From NCBI GenBank assembly GCA_963830915.1, contig CAWHOE010000019.1:32001-96000 (forward strand): DNA of 64,000 nt, in the 5' to 3' direction. Position numbers and translations under genes: made by a program. The stretch comes from a candidate division FCPU426 bacterium (GTDB taxonomy: Bacteria > Oederibacteriota > Muellerivitia > Muellerivitales > Muellerivitaceae). This document shows positions 45,868-54,067 of the stretch, in pieces; the first letter of the stretch is position 1, and each line of letters begins with the position of its first letter. Under the pieces are notes generated by a model. It had not been told where the DNA came from, searched no databases, and saw only the letters and a program-made list of their open reading frames with translations.

Positions 45868-45904
45868 GAAAATTTCGTTCGGTGTTTTTATCAAAAAATC
45901 TTTA

Positions 45905-45934
45905 CTCTGTGTGACTCCGTGCGACTCTGTGGTT
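45905..45934. repeat. Orphan right arm CTCTGTGTGACTCCGTGCGACTCTGTGGTT
   Basis: Reverse complement of the interrupted arm at 52419-52523. Confidence 0.75.
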
Positions 45935-45952
45935 CAATTTGTTTGGTGTTTT

Positions 45953-46822
45953 TTAAAGCGGTTTTCGCTGGCCGATCATGTCCGATATGACCACATCCGG
46001 GTGGTGGTACCGCTTCCCGCCAGCGGTGTTATCGCCGAACTGAAGGGAACCATTGGGGCACCATTGCAGACAGGCGAAACATTGCTCGCATTCGTGCAGC
46101 CAGACCGGGCCGCCTATCTCCATATCGATATTTCCCACAGGGCATATCTCCACGCAGATCCCGCAACAGATGCAGTCGTCGTCCCTGTAAAAATTCCCAT
46201 CCAAGGTCGGCAGGGTTTGCCAGATATCCCGGCGGGTCTCACCCGCCAGTAGGACCGAGCCTGGAACGTAATCCAAAACGTTCCCTTTTTTAGGAGCGGG
46301 CTCCCGCTTGGGGCCGGTCCGGGTCCAAAGGGTGGTCTCGAAGGGGCCTTTCTGTTTGGCGTTCACGGCCTTGATGATCGCGTCCCTTTTGAGTTCCCAA
46401 TCGTCGAACATCTTGAGCTTTTCTTCCCGGGTCAATTCCAAGAGGGTCCCGTCGGTGGTCAGATAGTTGTAGGGCATTTTCACGGCCCAGCCGGCCGACA
46501 GCAGGCCTCCATGGGGCCGAATGAGGGTCCGCAAGTAACGGACCGCGGCGCCTGGGCCCAGACCGCCGTAGGTGCAGACAGCGAAAACATAGGGGTCGCC
46601 AAGGAATTGGGTTTTCTCGATGAAGTTCCGCATGATGACGGGAAGGCCCGAATGGTAGACCGGAAAGACGATGCCCGTCACATCCGCGTCGATGATGACG
46701 GTGTCCTCGTTATTCATCGCCCAGGAGATGGGGATGAGCTTCGCCTTCATTTTGTTCGCCAGGTCCCTGGCCACCGCCAGGGAATTTCCAGTGCCTGAGA
46801 AGTAGTAGATCTCTCTCAGCAT
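45953..46822 (-). CDS. EFR1-type flavodoxin + 2x[4Fe-4S] ferredoxin
   Basis: YFSGTGNS, FPVY, MPYNY, CICCGICVEICP, CEQCFACLQWCP, RYHHP. Confidence 0.9.
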   Translation of the reverse strand: MLREIYYFSGTGNSLAVARDLANKMKAKLIPISWAMNNEDTVIIDADVTGIVFPVYHSGLPVIMRNFIEKTQFLGDPYVFAVCTYGGLGPGAAVRYLRTLIRPHGGLLSAGWAVKMPYNYLTTDGTLLELTREEKLKMFDDWELKRDAIIKAVNAKQKGPFETTLWTRTGPKREPAPKKGNVLDYVPGSVLLAGETRRDIWQTLPTLDGNFYRDDDCICCGICVEICPVGNIDMEIGGPVWLHECEQCFACLQWCPNGSLQFGDNTAGGKRYHHPDVVISDMIGQRKPL

Positions 46823-47028
46823 CGAAATACCCCCATCGAATTCCGGCATTATGCCCTCGCGTTGGAAAGGGCGGCTCGGCGGGCGAATAAAATAGACCTC
46901 TTGCCCCCTATTTTACTCTCATATTCCTGGGCGGAATATTCGACATTTCGGGGTCAAAACTTAGACTAACATTTAACAATGAATGTTCTTGGCAGGCGTA
47001 TTATATGAATCATATTCAGGAGGTATTT

Positions 47029-47562
47029 ATGACACCTGGTCAATGTTACATCATCGCCATGGGAACCCTGTTCCTGGTTGTTTTCAGCTGGAAGTTCTCC
47101 ATCCGGGCCAAGCGATATCACGGCATCGCCCGGTTCTTCGCTTTCGAGAGCCTTTTGGTCATGATCACCCTCAATTCGGGCCCCTGGTTCCAGGCCCCCG
47201 GTATACCCCAACAGATCGTTTCGTGGTTTTTCCTGGCCATTTCCATATATATGGCCCTTCATGGGGCCTTCTTGCTGGTCAAAATGGGGAAGCCCAAAGG
47301 CGACCTGGAAAACACCTCCAAACTGGTGACTACCGGTCTTTACAGCCTGATCCGCCACCCCCTTTACGCTTCGTTGGTCTATTTGGGGTTCGGGGCCTTC
47401 CTGAAACAGGTCACCCCTGTGACCGTCCTGTTGGTCGTCATCAACACCATCGCGCTATTCATTACGGCCAAGGTGGAAGAGGGGGAGATGCTCGCTAAGT
47501 TCGGGGAGGATTATGGGAACTACATGAAAGTGACGAAGAGATTCATTCCGTTTGTTTTTTAG
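47029..47562 (+). CDS. Isoprenylcysteine carboxyl methyltransferase (ICMT/PEMT) family membrane protein
   Basis: LVTTGLYSLIRHPLY, EE...FGEDY..Y...RFIP; AGGAGG RBS. Confidence 0.9.
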   Translation: MTPGQCYIIAMGTLFLVVFSWKFSIRAKRYHGIARFFAFESLLVMITLNSGPWFQAPGIPQQIVSWFFLAISIYMALHGAFLLVKMGKPKGDLENTSKLVTTGLYSLIRHPLYASLVYLGFGAFLKQVTPVTVLLVVINTIALFITAKVEEGEMLAKFGEDYGNYMKVTKRFIPFVF

Positions 47563-48794
47563 GTGTTTGATAATGAAATATCGCCAACAGAAACCTAATG
47601 TTCGAGAAGATATTTGTGAATACTACATTCTTTGATCCCAACTTCCATAAGGAGATGCAATGAATTTGCAGACTCAAAAATCGTTGGTAATTCTAGCTAT
47701 TGTTCTTTTTATATGCTCGTGGACTTATGTTTCCAATGCCGATGAGGCCTTTAATGTTTCTGGGGTTTTGAACAATTACGAAAAAATCCACACTGGACCA
47801 GCGACGGATTATGACAAATCATTTCTCGACCTGGTAAGAGAATTGGACGAAAATATTGCTAAGTCGCCCCCAAAAAAGATGCTTATTGCGATAGAGCTGG
47901 TGAAAAGAGCCTTGAATAAAACCGAGAATATGGATAACCGGCGGACCTATTTGAAGATTCTTCATGACGGAAATTATTCCGACGAATTGCATGAGAAAGA
48001 ACTGGGGGCGCTTGAGTCGGCGGCAGGGGATGTCCATGAGGAACTCGGACTAAGAATTCAAGCAATTTTGTTATTACAAGGATCTGCCTATAAAAACAAT
48101 AGATCTGTCAAAGCGATAGAGAAAGAATTGGGATTTGAGAGCGTTAAAACGGATACGCATTATCGCACTGGGTTTAATATATTGCTGGCTAATCATTATG
48201 ACGATCAAGAAGTAAGAACTTTTCTCTACGATTACCTGAAAACAAAAAATTCACCAAACATAAAAATGAAAAAGGATTTAGTCCTCGGGGTTATGGGGAT
48301 GAAAAAGGATGAAGGGGCTGTTGAAAATATTATCGCTTTATTGGACAACCCGAAATTAAAAGGCACCTATACTTTTTCGTACGCCGCTTATGTACTCGGG
48401 TATATCGGTGGAGAAAAGGCGACCCGCTATTTGATCGGTCTAGTGCCAAAGGTTAAAGATTGGCTTGATCGTGGCATGGTTGTTCAATACATTGGGCTCG
48501 CGAAAAACAATTTGGCTCGTGATTTCTTGTTGGAACAACTAAAAGCTAAAGGCGAAACAATAGCAAGTATAGACATTCTTAACGGGTTTCAATTCCTTGG
48601 CGATCCTACCACCATTCCTATCTTGCGGGCTTTTGAGACTGATCATCAATTGTCAAATGATGAAAAAGAATTATTGGAACGCACGATTAAAATAATCGGC
48701 CAAGGTGGAAGAGGGGGAGATGCTCTCCAAGTTCGGGGAGGATTATAGGAATTACATGAAGGTGACGAAGAGGTTCATACCGTTCGTATTTTAG
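47465..48794 (+). mobile_element. 1232-bp islet bounded by 98-bp direct repeats of the ICMT 3' end
   Basis: 47465-47562 versus 48697-48794: 89/98 identical, first 29 bp identical. Confidence 0.7.
47660..48748 (+). CDS. AT-rich secreted HEAT-repeat-like protein
   Basis: Signal peptide; helical repeats (AAYVLGYIGGEKA, LGDPTTIPIL); last ~16 codons are read out of frame from the duplicated ICMT end. Confidence 0.7.
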   Translation: MNLQTQKSLVILAIVLFICSWTYVSNADEAFNVSGVLNNYEKIHTGPATDYDKSFLDLVRELDENIAKSPPKKMLIAIELVKRALNKTENMDNRRTYLKILHDGNYSDELHEKELGALESAAGDVHEELGLRIQAILLLQGSAYKNNRSVKAIEKELGFESVKTDTHYRTGFNILLANHYDDQEVRTFLYDYLKTKNSPNIKMKKDLVLGVMGMKKDEGAVENIIALLDNPKLKGTYTFSYAAYVLGYIGGEKATRYLIGLVPKVKDWLDRGMVVQYIGLAKNNLARDFLLEQLKAKGETIASIDILNGFQFLGDPTTIPILRAFETDHQLSNDEKELLERTIKIIGQGGRGGDALQVRGGL

Positions 48795-49165
48795 GGTTGA
48801 ATTGGGAAAATCTCTCGTGCTGGTACCAAATATTCAGGAAGATATTTTGTGAACACTACATTGTGGGGTGTAACAAAAGTCTTTCCGTATTTTGTAGCTA
48901 GCTGGATAAAATTCCAACCTGCCAGAGAGGGTTGTAAAGACCAGCAGAGGGTATATTAGTTTCTTTCCATCGCCCCGGCTAAAGAGGGCAACCCGACATA
49001 GCTCCAGGGGTAGTTGGAAAAACAGATCTGCATTCTCCCCAGACAGGAAGAGGGGGGAGGTGTACCTCCAAAAATTGGAAGGTGGGGGTGAACGGAACGA
49101 CCAATTCCGCCAACGGTTGGCAGAATCCCTAGAAGAACATGACAAATTAGGGTTCTGGTTGGAGC

Positions 49166-49190
49166 GGTTTTATAACAGTGTTATAAAACC
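49166..49190. promoter_or_regulatory. Perfect 25-bp palindrome
   Basis: GGTTTTATAACA-G-TGTTATAAAACC. Confidence 0.55.
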
Positions 49191-49286
49191 AGTGCTAGTT
49201 AGGCATAGACCGTAGGTTCGCTTTTAGTCCGTTTTTAGGAATGGATTAGAGGCATGAGTTTATTTCCGAGATGGCCCGAAATTTCA

Positions 49287-49890
49287 TTTCCTGTAAACAC
49301 CCATGCCCTGAAGCCCCAAGGCGAGTGGTGTGTTTCCTGTAAACAGGTCCCCAATTTCTGTAAACGACCCTGTAAATCCTGTAAACAGATGGGTGATTCC
49401 TGTAAACGGGCCTGTAAATCCTGTAAACAAACCTACCATGAGCCCCCAAGGCGAGTGGCGCGGTTTGGTTGTACCAACTACTTGAAGCAGTTGGTAACCA
49501 GGCTGTTTCCAGTAAACTCTAGCGTTTTCCAGTAAACAGCGGAGGCATTTCCAGTAAACACCCGAATTTTCCAGTAAACAAAACCAGTAAATCCAGTAAA
49601 CAACAGCCTGTTTCCAGTAAACAACAGCCTGTTTCCAGTAAACAACAGCCTGTTTCCAGTAAACAAACTCCTATTTCCTGTAAATCCCGTAAACAAAGTC
49701 CCTATTTCCAGTAAACAAAACCGGTAAATCCAGTAAACGACAGCCCGTTTCCAGTAAACTCTCGCGTTTTCCAGTAAACGCCGGAGGCATTTCCAGTAAA
49801 CAAACCAGTAAATCCAGTAAACACACCTGCATGAGCCCCCAAGGCGAGTGGCGCGGTTTGGTTGTACCAACTGCTTGGAGCAGTTGGTAA
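49287..49890. repeat. Array of 27 CCWGTAAAY units with two 61-bp hairpin modules and one partial module
   Basis: Counted by eye; modules 49437-49497 and 49830-49890 differ at 2 positions. Confidence 0.95.
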
Positions 49891-49960
49891 AGTCCCATTG
49901 GCACGATCAAGGATTAGGTCCGGCCGGAATCGAACCAAGGACGATAGGTTTAAAATTCGC

Positions 49961-50003
49961 TTGCCGAAGGAAGATTTTAGGCTTATAAATGTAAACGCTT
50001 ACA
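49961..50003 (+). promoter_or_regulatory. xylA promoter with LacI-type operator
   Basis: TTGCCG-17 bp-TATAAA directly followed by TGTAAACGCTTACA (49990-50003). Confidence 0.75.
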
Positions 50004-50035
50004 AATAATTACATTATTTTTACATCGGAGGAGTT

Positions 50036-51202
50036 ATGGCCAGCTTTAAACCCAAAAAGGAACATCGTTTCTCATTCGGTCTATGGTGCACCGCCAACCG
50101 GGGGGCGGACCCCTTCGGCGAGGCCACCCGTGAGCGCCTGGACGCGGTCAAGAACATCATCGAACTGGGCAAGCGCAACGTCTACGCCTTCAACTTCCAC
50201 GATGACGACCTCATCCCATTCGGGGCTTCCTTGCAGGTTCGCAACAAGATCATCAAGGCCACCAAGAAGGCCATGAACGATTACGACATCAAATGCGGTA
50301 TGGCGACCACCAATCTTTTCTACCACCGGGTCTTCAAGGACGGGGCCTTCACCAGCCATGACCCGAAGGTTCGGGCCTACGCTGTCCAGAAGGTCATGAA
50401 GAACATGGAACTAGGCGCTGAATTGGGCGCCAAGATCTATGTGTTCTGGGGCGGGCGGGAAGGGACGGAAGTGGACGCTTCCAAGACCCCGGATGAGGCC
50501 TTGAAGCGGTACAGGGAATGCATGAACTTCCTCTGCTCTTACAACCGTCAACAAGGTTTCGGTTATCGGTTCGCCATCGAGCCCAAACCCAACGAACCCA
50601 GAGGGGATATCTTCCTGGCCACGACGGGCCACGTCATGGCTTTCATCGATACTTTGGATTATCCCGAGATGGTCGGGGTCAACCCGGAGATAGAACATTC
50701 CCGAATGGCCAACCTGAATACTTATCACGACTTCGCGCAGGCTATGGAAGCGGGCAAACTTTATCACGTGGACCTGGGAGCCCAGAAGCCGGGAAGGTTC
50801 GACCAGGACTTGAGGTTCGGTTCGGAAGACATCAAGGAAACTTTCTTCGTTGTGAAATTGTTGGAAGACAACAACTGGCCCGGAACCAGGAATTTCGACG
50901 AGCATCCTTACCGCAGTGAGGACGAGAAGGGGGTTTGGGATTTCGTGGAAGGAAGCATGAAGACCTATCTTATCCTCTGGGACAAGGTGAAACAGTTCAA
51001 CGCGGACAAGAAGGTCCAGCAGATCCTAAAGGCCATCCATGGTTCGGACCCCAATCTGGAAAATATCATGAAGCGTTATTCGGCGGAGGGGGCGGACAAG
51101 CTGAAGAAATACAGCTTCGACCCGGCGGCCCTGGCGAAGAAGAAGTTGCCTTATGAGGAATTGGACCAGCGGACGCAAGAGATACTGATGGGAGTTGTCT
51201 AA
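50036..51202 (+). CDS. xylA: Xylose isomerase (short, class I type)
   Basis: FSFGLW, FHDDDL, WGGREG, EPKPNEP, NPE..H, FDQD; 388 aa. Confidence 0.95.
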   Translation: MASFKPKKEHRFSFGLWCTANRGADPFGEATRERLDAVKNIIELGKRNVYAFNFHDDDLIPFGASLQVRNKIIKATKKAMNDYDIKCGMATTNLFYHRVFKDGAFTSHDPKVRAYAVQKVMKNMELGAELGAKIYVFWGGREGTEVDASKTPDEALKRYRECMNFLCSYNRQQGFGYRFAIEPKPNEPRGDIFLATTGHVMAFIDTLDYPEMVGVNPEIEHSRMANLNTYHDFAQAMEAGKLYHVDLGAQKPGRFDQDLRFGSEDIKETFFVVKLLEDNNWPGTRNFDEHPYRSEDEKGVWDFVEGSMKTYLILWDKVKQFNADKKVQQILKAIHGSDPNLENIMKRYSAEGADKLKKYSFDPAALAKKKLPYEELDQRTQEILMGVV

Positions 51203-51217
51203 AGTAAAACATTATTG

Positions 51218-51324
51218 AACCACCAAGGCACCAAGGGCACCAAGAACAGCGAAAAACATCTGGGTTTAAAAAAAGATTATAAAAATTCTTTGCCTTACTT
51301 GGTGCCCTTGGTGCCTTGGTGGTT
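51218..51324. repeat. MITE-like element with perfect 27-bp inverted arms
   Basis: AACCACCAAGGCACCAAGGGCACCAAG ... CTTGGTGCCCTTGGTGCCTTGGTGGTT. Confidence 0.9.
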
Positions 51325-51347
51325 AAAACTTTTTGAGGTTAATTTTT

Positions 51348-52337
51348 ATGGGTGTGAATATCCAACAGATCGCCGATGAGGCGGGAGTGTCGACAGCGAC
51401 CGTATCACGGGTTGTGAACGGCCAGAATGTTCGGCATGAAACCGCCGAAAAGGTTCGGGCGATCATGGAGAAATTGCAGTATCGCCCCCACCGTTTCGCT
51501 CGGGGATTGGCTACCCAGGCCACAGGTTTTCTTGGCGTTGTCTCTCCGCCTTTAGATGATCCTTATGTGGCATCGGTCATCTCCGGTATCGAGGAAGAGG
51601 CCAAGCGCCAGGGCAAGCTCATTACCTTGAGCGTTATCCATAATCCGGGGGTCGATGAAAGGGAAGCGGTCCACACACTCATTAATCCTCCTCTGGCCGA
51701 GGGTTTGTTGGTACTCCTTCCCACCCAGGATATGGAAAAGCAAATTCGGGAACTGGCCCACAAGAAATACCCCATGGTCATCGTCAGCGAGAAAAGGTTC
51801 GAGGAGTTGGCGCCTTCGGTCCTCATCGACAACCTCAACGGGGCCAAACAAGCGGTCCAATACTTGGCGGGAAAAGGCCATCAAAGGATAGGTTTCATCA
51901 CAGGCCGGCCAGAGTTGACAGACTCCGGTGACCGGCTGGAAGGATACCGCCAGGCCTTGGTAGAGGCGGGTTTGAAGGTGGATGAAAGCCTCATATTGTC
52001 AGGCAATTATGAGCTTTCAGCGGGAGTGTCGGCGGGCCAACGATTCCTGGAAATGGCCAATCCTCCCACGGCGGTTTTCGCCTCCAACGACCGAATGGCC
52101 ATAGGCCTATTGAAAGCCCTGCAAGTTGCCAAAAAAGAGGGGGCGTTCAAGGTCATGGGTTTTGATGATATTCCAATGGGTTCGCTGACTTCGCCAACCC
52201 TCACGACCATGGGTTACGACTTGAAGGAGTTGGGGAAACTGGCCGTCCATAAGTTGACCAGGATCATCCAGGGGGAAGAGAAGAGCAGGTCGACGTTGAT
52301 GTTGAAAACGCATTTGGTGGTTAGAGATTCAGCTTAA
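51348..52337 (+). CDS. LacI-family transcriptional regulator
   Basis: IADEAGVSTATVSRVVN, ARGL, GHQRIG, FASND, GFDD, PTLTT. Confidence 0.95.
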   Translation: MGVNIQQIADEAGVSTATVSRVVNGQNVRHETAEKVRAIMEKLQYRPHRFARGLATQATGFLGVVSPPLDDPYVASVISGIEEEAKRQGKLITLSVIHNPGVDEREAVHTLINPPLAEGLLVLLPTQDMEKQIRELAHKKYPMVIVSEKRFEELAPSVLIDNLNGAKQAVQYLAGKGHQRIGFITGRPELTDSGDRLEGYRQALVEAGLKVDESLILSGNYELSAGVSAGQRFLEMANPPTAVFASNDRMAIGLLKALQVAKKEGAFKVMGFDDIPMGSLTSPTLTTMGYDLKELGKLAVHKLTRIIQGEEKSRSTLMLKTHLVVRDSA

Positions 52338-52355
52338 GGAAACAACAAAATCTTT

Positions 52356-52523
52356 ACCACAGAGACACAGAGGCACAGTTAAACAAAGATAGGGATTAGG
52401 CAAAGGCAAAGGGGAATTAACCACAGAGTCGCACAGAGTCACACATGCCACATTTCTATAAATCCGTAATGAATGTGGAATGGTCCCACTTTCATTTATT
52501 CTTTTTAGAAAAGTGGGACAGAG
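52356..52523. repeat. Two orphan left arms (ACCACAGAGACACAGAGGCACAG; AACCACAGAGTCGCACAGAGTCACACA[insert]GAG)
   Basis: CACAGAG unit repeats; the second arm is interrupted. Confidence 0.7.
52446..52518 (+). mobile_element. Twin-hairpin micro-insertion B (73 bp)
   Basis: CA|35-nt hairpin-TGG-35-nt hairpin|CA; removal restores a 29/30 match to the reverse complement of 45905-45934. Confidence 0.75.
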
Positions 52524-52561
52524 TAAAACAAAAATTGTATTTTGAAAAACAGGGAGGGGTT

Positions 52562-53860
52562 ATGAAGAGAATCTTGACCGTTTGGGCACTATTACTTACG
52601 GCTTGTCTCAACCTGTCCTGCGTGCCTCGCAAGGATGTGCTGACCATTCGGGTGGCGGACTTCCTGACCGACCCGGCCCTTATCAAGATATTGAACGCCA
52701 CCGTCCTGGATATCGAGAACAAGAACCCCGGGGTCCAGGTGACGCTGGAAACCACACCCTACAACGACTACCAGCAGAAGATCATCACTCAGATAACCGC
52801 CGACGCCGCTCCTGACATTCTGTATGTAGAGGCGAATAATTTCGTCGACCTGTACCTTCGCGACGCGTTGGAAAACCTGACCCCCTACGCCCAGAAAGAC
52901 CAGGTGGACCTGAAGGTGTATTACCCCTCCATCGTCAAACGCTTCAGCCCCAATGGAAAGCTCTTCGCCATTCCCCAGGACATCGCCCCGGCGGGGCTGA
53001 TGTATTACAACAAGAAGATATTCCAGGAAGCGGGAGTGCCTTTCCCGACCGGCGACTGGAGCTGGCCCAAGGATTTCCTGGATGTCTGCCAGAAGCTGGT
53101 GAAGAAGGACGCCACTGGCAAGGTCGTCCGCTGGGCCTACGACGAGGCCTATCCCATCAATTTCGAGAATTTTATTTTCAGCAACGGCGGGGACTGGGTG
53201 GACAATACGGAACACCCGACCCGTTTCATGGGTGACAGCCCCCAGGCCCTAGAGGCCGCCCGCTTCCGCTGGGACCTTATCCACACCTATCATGTCGCGC
53301 CCAGCGTGACCGAGATGCAGTCCTTCAGCTTCGGCGGAGGCGTCCAACAGATGTTCGTCAACGGGCAGATCGCCATGATGGCCTCGGGTATCTGGCATGT
53401 GCCTCAACTGCTCAAGGCCAAGGACCTGGATTTCGACGTGGTGGAATTCCCCAAGGGTCCCAAGGGCCTAAAAGGTTGGTCCTCGGGCGGTTCGGGTTAC
53501 GCCATTTGCAAGAGCTCCAAACATAAGGACTTGGCCTGGCAGATCATCCGGCAGTTGGCCGCTGAGTCGTCCATTTCCGGATTGGCGGCGACCGGCATGA
53601 TCCAGCCGGCCCTGATCAAAATGGCCAATTCGGACACCTTCCTGAAATCGCCAGGTCCAGCCAACAAGGGTATATTGTTGAAGATGACAGAATACTCCCA
53701 CTTCTCGCCCTTCTTTACCAACTGGGGAGAGATCTATTACGGGGTCCTGGGGCCGGCGCTTGACCCGGTCTGGATGGGAAAGACTACGCCTGAAAAGGTC
53801 TTGCCGGGCATTACCAAGAAGATCAACGAGAAGTATTTTAAGAAAGCCACAAATAATTAA
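52562..53860 (+). CDS. Sugar ABC substrate-binding lipoprotein (paralog of 34037)
   Basis: NNFVDLYLR..LE, YYNK, FPKGP, GGSGY shared with the 34037 protein. Confidence 0.9.
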   Translation: MKRILTVWALLLTACLNLSCVPRKDVLTIRVADFLTDPALIKILNATVLDIENKNPGVQVTLETTPYNDYQQKIITQITADAAPDILYVEANNFVDLYLRDALENLTPYAQKDQVDLKVYYPSIVKRFSPNGKLFAIPQDIAPAGLMYYNKKIFQEAGVPFPTGDWSWPKDFLDVCQKLVKKDATGKVVRWAYDEAYPINFENFIFSNGGDWVDNTEHPTRFMGDSPQALEAARFRWDLIHTYHVAPSVTEMQSFSFGGGVQQMFVNGQIAMMASGIWHVPQLLKAKDLDFDVVEFPKGPKGLKGWSSGGSGYAICKSSKHKDLAWQIIRQLAAESSISGLAATGMIQPALIKMANSDTFLKSPGPANKGILLKMTEYSHFSPFFTNWGEIYYGVLGPALDPVWMGKTTPEKVLPGITKKINEKYFKKATNN

Positions 53861-54015
53861 CCACCAAGGCACCAAGGGCACCAAGAAAACCTTATTTATT
53901 GATGAGGAAAAAACCAAAAAGACTATTTTTTTGAGATGTTTCAATTTATGAAAAAGATGTAAAACCAAACTTTTTTGTTTTGCCTTTCTTGGTGCTCTTG
54001 GTGCCCTTGGTGGTT
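53859..54015. repeat. MITE-like element, same arms as 51218
   Basis: Identical 27-bp left arm, near-perfect right arm, unrelated AT-rich core. Confidence 0.9.
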
Positions 54016-54067
54016 CAAATTGCCTTTAGTTTGGGTTTTGTTGTGATTCTAAAAATATAAAAGGGAA

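Noticed and set aside
49287..49890. CRISPR array
   Set aside because: Repeats are 9-12 bp and spacers 8-10 nt, some spacers recur, and no cas gene is present.
49246..49938. ORFs over the array (FTGNRLL / VYWK / PCKSCK repeats)
   Set aside because: Similar repeat peptides appear in several frames and 20/22-bp steps shift frame; treated as by-products of the DNA repeat.
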